A stretch of 64,000 nt of DNA. It comes from Lama glama. Its lineage: Eukaryota. How positions within the stretch are numbered: the stretch's first letter is position 1; each line of letters begins with the position of its first letter. The translations under genes were made by a program, and so were the position numbers. The notes beneath the pieces are model-generated. The model was not told the DNA's origin and did not search any database. It saw only the letters and a program-made list of their open reading frames with translations. The stretch is from the NCBI GenBank assembly GCA_028534125.1, contig CM052818.1, forward strand, positions 30,258,001-30,322,000, in the 5' to 3' direction. Below are positions 1 to 11,985 of the stretch, one piece after another.

Positions 1-719
1 GGTGAATGTTTTGAAGAAGATAGCTAGAGGCTATCTGGTCAGCCCAAAAAAGTAAACTTTCACTCACTTTGTATGTAAAGGAAAGATTACAGAAAATTTA
101 CAAAAGATTTAAAACGTATGTGAATAAGAAATTTTTTCGACCATATCCACTCAAGGAAAAACTTAATAGAGCGACAGTGCTTAGGCACAGAAACGTGCTC
201 CTTTTCTCATACGCGAGCTATCAATAACAAATTCATGAATTTTTCTGATAAAACGGTTTGTACCTCTTTTGACACTGAAATCACACTCAACTGCTTATCT
301 TTGAGTAAAAGTCAGAGAGCTATACAATTTATTCCTAAAGGCATAAAGTGACTAATTCTTCTGACAAAATTTAGATTAAACACTATATTCCCCCAAACCA
401 TAAAGTATACTGGAATCTGCAAACGCACAAAAAACCTGCAATAAGAGGCTCTATTAACACCTTGACTTTCACCAGTCTCTGGCCTTCTGAAAGCTGCTGC
501 CGTGCCCGGCTATCTGCACTCAACAAAGCCAAGCTGGAAAGTGGGGCGTCAGCCTCAATACCGTAACTCATCACCCTCTTCATTTACGCCATTGTTGTCA
601 ATGCTGTAAGCATCACTATTACGGTCGTTGTTGTGGAGTTTTTTTTTTTTCAGATATTATGTTGGTGTAGCAGTCGCTCAGACCAGCAAAGACTTTTATT
701 TCTATACCGAAAATATCAC

Positions 720-1230
720 GGCAGGGAAGAGGCATAAACTCGCCCAGGGTCGAACGCTCGGCCTGCAGCGGGGTCCCGAGCCGCAAAGGAACCGGGTGAG
801 GGAGCGAGGGGGCACCAGAGCTCTGAGGAGTCTCTCTCAGACACCAGCCGCTCCTCCCGGGGAGCCCAAGCATAACTCCAGAGACCCCTCGTCTGCGAAG
901 CTGAGGCACTACAAGGCCGCTTCAGGACGAGAGAGCATAAGAGAAATCACAACGAGAGAAACCCTCACGCCCCTGGCCAACTCACCATGGTAAGGAGCTG
1001 CACGGCTCCCGCCGGAAGATGCTCTGGGAGCTGGTTTTTTTTTAGAGCGGAAGGGGTGGGGCATCAGAGGCCGATTGGCTGCGAACGACGCGGGGGCGGA
1101 AGTCCGTGCACTAACCTCCGGGCCCCGCGCCCCCTTCCCGGCTGCCCCTGCGTTCTATAGAGGCGAAGGCGGCGGCTAGAGGGACTCTTTCGAGCTTTAC
1201 GCGGTCTGGAAATGTAGCTGGGCCTTGAGG
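720..1230. promoter_or_regulatory. CpG island / promoter of SLC30A6 with ETS motifs (CGGAAG at ~1013, 1048, 1098), a CCAAT box (attgg ~1074) and a GCTACATTTCCA motif on the minus strand (~1207-1218)
   Basis: CpG-rich segment; motifs read directly. Confidence 0.85.
986..988 (-). CDS. SLC30A6: First coding exon (ATG only) of the downstream gene, probably zinc transporter ZnT6; the rest of the gene lies left of the window
   Basis: cttaccATG|gtgagt inside a CpG island ~5 kb past the SPAST 3' end on the same strand; SPAST-SLC30A6 synteny is established. No SLC30A6 protein sequence is visible, so identity rests on synteny. Confidence 0.75.
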
Positions 1231-1390
1231 TCCTTGTCAAGGAGCAAGTAGGGGTTGTTTGTAATGTTAGGGAAATTTCTTTGAGTCCTGAAGCGCTTTT
1301 ACCTATGTTTTGGTACTTAGTTTTTGCAATACCTTATGAAACAGCTTTCCCATTTTTCAAGTGAGGAAACGATAAAGAAAATTGCCCTAT

Positions 1391-1512
1391 AGGGCGAGGA
1401 TATAGCTCAAGGTTAGAGCATATGCTTAGCATGCACAAGTTCCTGGGTTCAATCCCCAGTACCACCTCTAAGAATAAATAAGTAAGCAAGCCTAATTACC
1501 TACCCCTCAAGA
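1391..1512 (+). mobile_element. tRNA-derived SINE (camelid Vic-1-like)
   Basis: A box TAGCTCA, B box GGTTCAATCCC, tail AATAAA..CCTAATTACC; degenerate TSD aaagaaaattgccc/aaagaaactggccc. Confidence 0.85.
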
Positions 1513-2794
1513 AAAGAAACTGGCCCAGAGATACACATCTGTTTTGCCGTAGTAACTGAATTTGAACTCAGACCAACTACAGAGTACCATGTTCTAATTC
1601 CTAAAATACGTCTTACATTCTATGAGATTAATTTTATTTTAGAAAACGGAAAATAAAACACATGGATATAGAATTCATTGGGCAAAAAATGAATATCGCG
1701 CATGTGCGTGTATGGTACTGATCTCATGAAAATTATATTCTAGTAAGAAGGGACAAGTAGGGAGAAGGAAATTTTATAAATATATTGATAAGTAGTGTCA
1801 TTTAGAAAATAGGGTAATGGTATAGAGATTAACTGGGTCGCTAATTTAGAGTGGTAGTCAGAAAAAGCTATAAAGGTTTAAACTTGACTTCCAAATGACA
1901 AAAGTCCTTTTGTAAAGTTTTTTTCTAGGCAGAATAAATAATGTAAATACCTAAGTAAAACAAGCAGGGGTGTTTTCAGATCTGAAAGCAGGCAGTATGT
2001 CTGGAGCTTTGTGTTTGAGGGGAAGAAATGAAGAGATCTAGGTGTTAAGCAGGTGCCAGATCAAGCAGGAATTTCTAATTGGAGTAAAGAGCTTAGTTTT
2101 TGTTGTTGTTGTTTTCTAAGTAAGACAAGTGGACGGTTTTAATAAGGGAGCGACCTTTTACATTTTAAAAAGATCATGGTGGCTGTGTTATGAGGAATAG
2201 ATTATTAATTTAACGTTTACTAAACACTCATGTGGTAGGCACTATTAGTAAAATCTTAAAATGTATTAACTCATTTAATCCTCATAACAGCCCTTTGACA
2301 TAGGTACTGTTGTTAGACCCTGCCTAGAAAATTGTGTACCAAAGTCACACACCTTAGTGAAGGGCAGAACTGGAGTTCTGTATTACACAGCCTAGTTTTA
2401 AAGCCTTGCTGCTACTCTGTACTTACTACTCCTGGACAAGATTAGAATCAAGAAGGCAAGTTAGGACATTATTCCCTCATTAACCCCTAGCAAATCATTC
2501 TTGATTTTTGAAGATTTCTTTCCAGTCTTTTTGATTTTAACAAACCTAGAATCAAACAGTACATCTTATTTATAGTGTGTCTACTTCATTAAGGATACAT
2601 TGTGCCTTTTTTCCCATGTCTTAATTTTTCCAGAATTATCATTTTAATGGCCTTAGTGAATTCAATCTTAGGCATGTGCCTTAATATATTTAACTAATTC
2701 ATTATTGATGTGTAGCAAAAATAAGACTCTCAAGCTATATTAAGAAGAAAAAAAATCTTATACAGGGAGTTGGGTGATTGGTATAAAATCATAG

Positions 2795-4135
2795 GAAACA
2801 ACTAAAAAGAATTCAACAATGAAATAGAAGACTTGAGCAACACTATATACATATTAGACTTAACCTATATCTAGAATACACCATCCAACAACAGCAGAGT
2901 ACATGTTCTTCTCTGGTGCATGTGCAGCATTCCCAAGATAGAGTATCTGTTAGGCCATGAAATAATTTTCAATAAATTTGAAAGGATTGAAATCATAGAA
3001 AGTATTTTCTCCAGATATACTGGAATGAAGTTAGAATCCATAACAGAAGGAAATTTGGGATATTCCTGTCTTGTGGAAATTAAAAAACATACTCTTAGTC
3101 AATCGATCAAAGAAGAAATCACAAGAGAACTTAGAAAATACATTGGGATGAATGAAAATGAAAACAACATCCCCAAACTTATTGGATACAGCAAATGAAG
3201 TTCTTAGAGGGAAATTTATAGCTCTAAATGTCTATATTAAAAGAAGAAGGAAGATCTCAAATCAATAACCTATCCTTCCATCTTAAGAAACTAGAAAAAG
3301 AACAGCAAACTTAACATGAAGCAAGCAAAAGGAAGGAAATAAAGTTTGGAGAGGAAATAAATAAAATAGAGAAAAGCAACAAAACCAAAAACTGATTCTT
3401 TGACATTGCAACAAAACTGACAAAGCTTTACCTAGACCAAGAAAAAAAAAAGACTCAAATTACTAAAATCAGGAAAGAAAGAGAGGGACATTACTATTGA
3501 TTTTACAGAAATAAGGATCATAGGGAATATTATAAATAATTGTATACCAACAAATTAGATAACCTAAATGAAGTGGGCTAATTTCTATAAAAACACAAAC
3601 TACTGAAAATGACTCAGGAGGAAATAGAAAATCTGATTAGACATACAACAATCAATTAAATTAAACAAACAAACAAAACTTTCTACAAAGGCCCAGGCAG
3701 AGATGGCTTCACTGGTTAAGTCTGCCAAACATTTGAGGATAGAATTGGCACCAATCATCCACAAAATCTTCCCAAAAAATAGAAGAGTAGGGAACACTTC
3801 TGTACTCATCCTATGAAGCCAGAATTACCCTGATACCAAAACTAAACAAATGTATCATAGAACTACAGACCAATATCCCATATGAATATAGATGCAAAAA
3901 AACTCAACAAAATATTAGCAAAATGAATCCACCAACATATAAAAGAATCATACACCATGAATGAATTGGAATTCACAGAAAATGCAAAGTAGTTTCAACA
4001 TATGAAAATTAACAATGCAATACCCCATATTAATAAAGATCAAAAGCTGCACAATCATCTCAACAGATAAAGAAAATCACTTGACATATCCAACACCCTT
4101 ACCTGCAAAACCACTGAACAAACTAGGAAAAGAAC
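2795..4135 (+). mobile_element. Old LINE-1 ORF2 fragment (endonuclease to start of RT), degraded
   Basis: ORF 2920..3198 resembles L1 ORF2 (KIEYLLGH..KFERIEII); L1 motifs accctgataccaaa, atagatgcaaaaa, catctcaacagat. Confidence 0.9.
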
Positions 4136-4369
4136 TACAGACATAGGTTCTTGTGCTGAATAATTAGACCTAGCAGTTTGGAGGTGAACTATTTTGTAAT
4201 TAGACCTAGATCTTTGTATGAAGTTACTAGACTTAGTTTTGTTTTGAAAATTTTTTTGCCATTAATCTGCTTATTCTCTTTATGGTTACTTTTGCTAGTT
4301 ATCTCTATTACGAAACTTGTTTCATGTGTTTCGTTTATATTGTATTATCGATTCTTTTTATGAAGTCTT

Positions 4370-4830
4370 TTTTACTTAAATTGAAATAGTCAGTTTACAA
4401 TGTGTCCATTTCTGGTGTACAGCATGTTTCAGTCATATACATACATACATTTGTTTTCATATTTTTTCATTATAGGTTACTACAAGATACTGAATCTAGT
4501 TCCCTATGCTATACCCAAGAAACTTGTTTTTCTATTTTATATATAGTAGTTATTATCTGCAACTTTCGAACTCCCAGTTTATCCCTTCTCACTCCCTTTC
4601 CCACTGGTAACCATAAGATTGTTTACTATGTCTGAGTGTTTCTGTTTTGTAGATAAGTTCATTAGAGTCTTTTTTCTTTTTTAAGATTCCACATATGAGT
4701 GATATCATGTGGCATTTTTCTTGCTCTGACTTACTTCACTTAGAATGATTTCCAGGTCTATACATGTTGCTGCAAATGGCATTATTTTATTCTTTTTTTA
4801 TGGCTGAGTAGTATTCCATTGTATAAACTG
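4370..4830 (-). mobile_element. Lineage-specific L1 3' end (antisense)
   Basis: Reverse complement of the L1 3'UTR seen at 23400-24100 and 19510-19765. Confidence 0.85.
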
Positions 4831-5363
4831 AATTTGCCACTTTGAGCATTACATGCCAATTATTTTGTACAATGCTCCTGGAATATTCACATTATGCATC
4901 TTCGACAGGAATAGCACAGAATACTGCATTTTCTCATTGATCCTATTATGTGAAATATGGCCCATTAATGATAACTTTCCTCACTAGAGTATGGTGGTAT
5001 CTGTCAAGTTTCTCCAGTGTAAAGTAACTGTTTCTCCCTAAGTAATACTTTGTGGGGATGTATTTTGAAACCGTGTAAATATCTCATTCTTCATCACATT
5101 TTGAATTTATTCTTGCATTCATGTATATATTCATATTGGCTCATACTTTCTTATTTGATGGGTTACAGTCCATTACTATAATTACTTATTTAGATGCTCA
5201 AAATTGTCCAGTGAGACCTCCTCTAATCAGTCAATAATTCATCCTCTTCCTTGTTTAAGCACTTTCTTTTCTGGCACAAGATATTCTGGGTCATCAGGTA
5301 TTTTCTTTGACCTAAATCTGGAATTGGCCATTTCACCAAGGAGCCCTGGTTCCTTAAGTGAGT

Positions 5364-5700
5364 ATTATGGACTGAACGTGTCCCCTTAAAATTTGTATAT
5401 TGGAACCCTACCCCACAATGTGATGGTATTCGGATATGTGCCTTTGGGAGGTAATAAGGGTTAGATGAGGTCAAAGTGGTGGGATCCTCATGATGGGATT
5501 ACTGTCCTTATAAGAAGAGACATCAGAGAGCTTGCTGTTTCTGCCATGTGAGGACACAGCCATTTGCAAGACAGTGAGAGCTCTCACCATAAACCACATT
5601 GTCAGCACCTTGATCTTGGATTTCCCATGCTCCAGAACTGGGAAAATAAATTTCTGTTGTTTAAGCCACAGCTTAAATTATTTTTGTTATGGCAACCCAC
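5364..5700 (+). mobile_element. MaLR solo LTR (MLT1A/B-like)
   Basis: tattatggactgaa start; aatgtgatggtatt, ggattactgtccttataagaagag, aaataaatttctgttgtttaagccac. Confidence 0.8.
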
Positions 5701-5737
5701 ACAGGATAAGATTCTGGTACCAAAAGTGGGGTGTTGC

Positions 5738-5852
5738 TTTTTCTTAGGTCAGTTTCCCAAAGTAATAGAAATAAAAGCAAAAATAAACATATGAGACCTA
5801 ATCTAACTTATAAGCTTTTACAAAGGGAACCACAAATAAAACAAAAAGACAA
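5738..5852 (+). mobile_element. Short L1 ORF2 fragment
   Basis: gaaataaaagcaaaaataaac..gacctaat..aagcttt..aaaagacaa (IEIKAKIN). Confidence 0.65.
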
Positions 5853-5874
5853 AGTTTCAGATAAAAAAAAATCA

Positions 5875-8673
5875 AAGGCAAAATAAAGTTTATAATTTAT
5901 TTCCAATCCATTAGGATAAAAACTCACTTAATGTAGCTGAACCTTTTAATTCATTTCTTCTGAAGAAAAGTACAAAAGACCAGAGTAGAACTGAGACAAC
6001 CATTTAAAGGAAAATCCTTCGACTCAGAGTCCAAAAACAAACTGTAAATGGTTCATTCTACCAAAAGAATTAGTTTTTGTACAAAATATAATGAATTTTA
6101 CACTATAAACAAAGACTGCTGTATATTTACTTAAATTAGAATTCTAGTACCTTCTTTTCCTCTAATTCTTCCCAAGCACAAAGCATATATGCAGTCACAA
6201 ATCTAATAACCTCAACTGGCAGACTTAGAATAAGCTTTTACCCTTAAGATATTTGAAAAGATGGTATTGATTCTTTCCCTTGACTCAAAGTCCAGTACAT
6301 CAATACGTTTTAATTTAGTTTACAAAACTCTGCCATATTAACATGAAGAGCACACTAACGTTTAAACATTACGTTCTACGAAATAACGTGACACAGCTCA
6401 GTGCAAAATCTACAAGGTCAAAATCTAAGTCTAATATTAGTTTGGAAAACCTCAGCAACTTCTATCTTTATTGAAAAAGACCAAACCAACCCCTACACTT
6501 CCTACTATATAATATGCTATTTTTATGGCCTTTCTATGAAAGAAAAAAAAACTTAAAATAAAACAGGCACACTAGTCAAAGAAAACAGTTCTCCAGCGCT
6601 AAGCTCAACTTCAGACTTGATCGGGAAACACATGGATGGATATTCATACAGTAATATAATTTTCTGACTCAAAGTTTATGACAATATTAATTTGACTTTT
6701 CCATCGTTTAACATTTGGAGATTTTGTTATCTAAAACTTCCCAAATAAAAAGTGAGCTACATTCAATTATTATAGATAAAATTATAATTTTAGAGTTTAC
6801 ATTTTAAAAGTTGAGCTTGAAGCACACGGATCTTTAAGATGATTGATTAACCAGTTCTCTAAGTATCAATATTAATCCTTTTCTAAATGAAATTTGAGAT
6901 TTATTGAAAATGTTTTAATTTAGGATGTTCCTAATTCTTGTCATCATGTATATTTTATCATCTTTCATTGTCAATATTTTATAATTGATGCTTTTAATGT
7001 TTGAGGCCTTTAAAAGATACTACTCATGTAGTAAAATATGCATGGTTCTGGCTCAAAAACTTCTATTTATCTCAATCCTTATTTTTATTATCCAGGGAAT
7101 TCTATTATTAGAAGAAACATGATTTAAGTTATGGCTATAAATAACACATGATCTTAAGAAACCATTCATCTTCTATATTTAGATAAATCTTTAAGGTGAG
7201 AAAGAGTAAAGTTAAAAAGAATATGTCTTCATTACAAAATTCTTATCTAGTGGGGGCAAGTTTTTAACTGTAATGTGTTCTCTCAAAACCAAAGATATTT
7301 TTCCTAAGTGAAAAATATTTGTTACTACTATTAAACTATACTTTCCACTTATGACATTTTACGTAAAAGCACCAAAGAAAATTTCTGTAAACAAACTTTT
7401 AACCAGAAAGCTAAGGGCAAATATCCATTTGCCTTTATTACAATATTTAAAAGGCCATGATATGAGTCTCTACTTCCTACAATGACATTTTTATAATAAA
7501 AATCCAGGCATACTTATACAAACAAGGAACGGAATTACTGTACATTTCTGGGGAACAAAAGGCAGATTAACAGACTGAAAGTTTTTAGTTAACAAAGTGA
7601 GCACAAGAAACCTATAAAATGTATGCAATGTATAAAAATTCAGTACTTTTTTAAAGTTTCATTGGAGGGATTAATAATTATTAATAAAAGATGGTAGATC
7701 CACTGGCTTATAATTATCTTGTAAACAGTAAGAAAGTAATAAGCAATAAATTAGAAATGCCTTAGCTCCCAGTACTTCCCTTCTCTTGCACAGGAACCAC
7801 TTTTACAGCAGTTAAAATTGGCTTTCTTAAATATGAGAATAACTCTAGCAGAAAATAAATTCCACTAGGAATAAGTTAACAGTCTACAGTAGATTTCTGA
7901 CAAATATATTTGAAAAAAAAATACTGCACGTCACATGAGGATTGATCTACATGTTGTATGACAGAGTGTCTCAAAACTTCAAAATTCCGTTTCACTAGAT
8001 TTGTTGCTATCATATTGCTTTCTAAATTGTTTGGTAGAAAGGTAACAGAAAAACAAAAAGTGAAAAGAACACATTATTTAATGTTTATAGATTTATGAAG
8101 AAGAAAAAAACCTTCAAAAAACTTTTTCCTACTAGTGTTAGGTAGGAAAAAGTTTCATTTGGCACACGATTTGTAAAAAGGAAAAAAGAAAAAAAAAAAA
8201 CACGACAGTGTTTGGCATCCTAATCACCCATCACCTGTAGTAAGGAGAACAGTAGGAAAGGAAAAAAGGAAAAATTACTACTTTAAGAAACACATCATAA
8301 GACAAACAACCAAAGGCTCTTGTGTCTTCTATCATTCACTGTCTCTGGAATACTTTCATCTGTAACATAACATACAAATTACTATTTACATTATGATTAC
8401 AGTGGTAAAGAAGACTAGTGTCAGTTTTCGTTGTTCTCTAACTTACAGTGCTCATCGGGATAACCATGACCATCAAGGCAAGAAGGCCTTAAACAAAATA
8501 TTCCAATTGCATTTTATACTTTATTTAAATTTATTTTATGGTTCATCTTCGGGGTGCACAAAAAATTTTAAGACTCTGAAAAGTCCTGTAAACTTAGGCT
8601 GAGTTTCTGTAGCTGATAACTATTCATTGAAGATGGTGTGTTTTTCTCTTGGAAAGGGAAATGTTCTGCAGGC
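5875..8673 (-). other. SPAST: SPAST 3'UTR (~2.8 kb, AU-rich, no recognisable repeats); distal end inferred
   Basis: AT-rich sequence without recognisable transposons from the stop codon to AATAAA at 5901-5896, followed by a U-rich tract. Confidence 0.7.
5896..5901 (-). terminator. Probable distal polyadenylation signal (AATAAA) of SPAST
   Basis: tttatt on + strand; downstream on the minus strand tttattttgcctttgattttttttt is a U/GU-rich element; repeats begin immediately beyond. Confidence 0.6.
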
Positions 8674-8796
<123 letters not shown>

Positions 8797-11249
8797 CTAG
8801 AATGGAAAAAAAAAAGACAATACAAATGATGAACATATATACAGTGATTAACCTAACGATGGATAAAAATAATGTTGCTATTGTCTAGTAATGTTATAAA
8901 TATATACAGATGTATTCTTAGAAAATCATGTCCATCATCTTACTTTACATATTAAATTCTGGGCAAGTTTGCTATATATGAAATCCCACCAAAATGCAAT
9001 ACTAATATACTTTCATTTCATATGTTTAGCTTCCTAGATAGAAACATTTTAAATCACAATATTTTCCCATTATAAAAACAAAACATACACATAGAAAATA
9101 TGGGAAACTATAGACAAATTAAAAAAAAGAATCACTCAATTCCACCATTCAGATATACAACCAATACTTGGCTTATCTCCTTCCAATTTTTCTCTGCGTA
9201 GTTTTATTTTAATTTTGCATTCTCCAGTCTCATTCCCCACAAACATACTCTAGTTAAATTCATACCAGGTTTATCAGAAAGGAAAGAGGAGTTTACAAGA
9301 TGCAGTTGGGACCTTTAAGGAAATATTGTTCTTTAACCACAACATGGAGGAAGCTTATATCTGAAATATTCTAATATTAATATTGCTTATAATGCATTTT
9401 TATATTACTTTGGTCTTATTTTCTGACATTTTTAATTGGCTCTGAGAATGCAGAATAAAACAATACTGAGTTAATAAATATCTAATTTTTACCTAAGGAT
9501 TTTTAAAAGGCAAAATGGAGTTTTGCACAAATGATCAGTATTAAAAACTGTTACTTGTATATACATGTGTATGTTGCCTCAAAGTAAGAAGTTAAAGGAG
9601 AATTGGAGACAAATCTTCAACAACTGATATTTATCTATATTCTTATTACTCTTGTAAAACCCAATCTAACTACTTTACATCCTCTCTAATATGAACATAA
9701 GATTAGAAAAAGTCAACTATACTTGTAACTTGTTGCCTAATCTGAAAAATCTTAGTCAAAAAGAAAAAGGATATATTGTTACCACAATTATTAATATGAG
9801 CCCTACATGTCTTATTTAACTGTAAAACACACATGGGCTCCTCCAAAAGCCCAAAATGTAGAATGATGAATGTAGTCTATTATATATGATGTTTCTGAAT
9901 AATGTTTGTTATGAAGATTAATATTTTAAAAGCTTTTGATGAAATTCTAATTTAAGTACATAGTTTGGTGTATGTATAAACACACAAAATTTATATATGA
10001 TATTTTAAACTTAATAAAAGACTAATGTATATAATAGGAAAAATCAACTGGTAGCTAGTTCAGTAAAGAGGGGAAAATAAATAGCAAAAGTCTCATCAAA
10101 ACAAAATAATAAAAGAATTAACAAAGTTAAACTGGATACAAACTATGTGCTTTATAAACAAAGTACATTATACCCTGAATATATAACCAAATGATTTTCA
10201 GTACTACCTCTTAAAAATACAGAATTCCGACATAATTATTCAACTTTCTATACTTATAAACTAAAATCAGTTGGGTATATCTCACCTAAATTTGTGCACA
10301 TACACTACTACCTGGCAACAGTTAATAAAATTGTACAAAGAATGCCTGAAAAAAATTCAAGTACTGTATTTTAGAAACCAAACCACTTGTGTTTTCCTGT
10401 CATCTCATAAATGAGACTAATAGAATGAATTTCCTTAATCTCTATAATAAATTGCCATTATTTAGTATTTATATATTTTAAAATATATAAAATATATATA
10501 TTTACAAAAAATATTCACTATTTGCCAGACTGTTAAGTGTGTTATAACTTTTAACTCATAAGGCAGGACTAACAGCTAAAAGCTACTACTTAATTAATAC
10601 TAAAACCATTAGATTAAAAGTAAACTTACACTAGATAAAAGTATACAGTAGAACCAAAAATTGTAACTATGTAACCTGACTGCACATAATTAGTGGAATG
10701 GTCACAAAAGGTACCAGTAATGTTATTTCTTGTAATTCATTCAGTAGTTTTAAGTGTAGTACTGCTATCTGAAATTTAGTTTAAAATAATGTTATGGCTT
10801 CTATATTTTTAAGATATAAGATACAATTATATTTATATTTTTAGGTGTGGGGTTTAAAAGTTCAAGTAGATATGTTACACTGTAATACTGAAATAAATGT
10901 ACTGTATCTGAATGAATTCAAAGTATCTAAAAAATATGTGTATTTTCAGCCTCTTGTCATTGGAATGGGCTAACTTAACACCAATGCTAATAAAAAATAA
11001 AGTAGCATGCATTTTCACAACCAGAGTCTTAAAATTATTCTCCATTAAAATGAACCAGGTTCCCATAGAGTTGCTGGTTACATGTCTTGGAATAGACAAA
11101 TTCAAGGTGTGCTTTGCTCCCAAAAAGCAAGAGTGTGTTTCAAAGTTCTGAAGTAGTGTTGAGAGGGCTCTTCTTAATATAAAAATAGATTTCACTGGCC
11201 AAATGTGACCCACTAAACATAAAATAAAATTATAACTGATTTACTGATG

Positions 11250-11985
11250 GGGTGGGCATTTTCTGACACATCTCCTAATGATTCTGCCTCTTGTTATACA
11301 TGTATATACGTTCTTATGAAATCCCTTCCCCCTGAGTGTGGACTGGACCTAAGAACAGAATATAGCAAAAGTGATGAGATGTCACTTCTAGGATTTATGT
11401 TATCAAGACTATGACTTCCATCTTTTTTTTTTCAGGGGGAGGTAATTAGATTTACTAATTTTTATTTATTTTTAGAGGAGGTACTGGGGATTGAACCCAG
11501 GACCTGGTGTATGCTACAATGCGCTCTACCACTTGCGCTATACCCTCCCCTCTATGACTTTCATCTTGGTGGCACTCTCTTGTCTTTCTGGCTCACTTGC
11601 TTTGATGAAGCAAATTACTGTGTTGGGGAGGCCTATGTGGCAAGTAACTGAAGGTGACCTTTAGCCAATAACCAGAGAAAACTGAGGCTGTCAGCCCAAT
11701 ACAAGAGTAAATGAATCTGGCAAAGAACCATGTGAGCTTGGAAGATCTTTCCCCTGTTGAGTCTTACAGTAACTACACCCCCAGCCAACATCGTAATTGC
11801 AACACTGTCAGAAACCCTGGCCAATACTTTAATTGCAGTCCTCTGAGAGAGTTTGAAACAGAGGACTTAGCTAAGCTGTGCCCATATTCCTGACTCTGAA
11901 AAATGTGAGATAATAAATACATGTCATTTTAAACTGCCAAGTTTTTAGGCAAATTTTTATTATATGGCAATTAGATAGCTATTGC
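11250..11985 (+). mobile_element. MaLR LTR (MLT1-like) with a nested SINE
   Basis: aaaccatgtgagcttggaag, gctaagctgtgccca, gagataataaat..ttttaaactgccaagttt. Confidence 0.75.
11424..11551 (-). mobile_element. Vic-1-like SINE nested in the LTR
   Basis: TSD ctatgacttccatct / ctatgactttcatct. Confidence 0.88.

Noticed and set aside
1..620. SLC30A6 exon 2, or ORF 383..583
   Set aside because: No ZnT6-like peptide found. The ORF has no recognisable homology, so I treat the region as intron 1.
1391..1462. tRNA-like sequences (A/B boxes) here and at other positions
   Set aside because: All carry the SINE tail and often TSDs, with degenerate stems. They are SINE heads, not tRNA genes.
4161..4209. 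13-bp direct repeat TAATTAGACCTAG
   Set aside because: Lies at a junction between decayed repeats; no interpretable insert between the copies.
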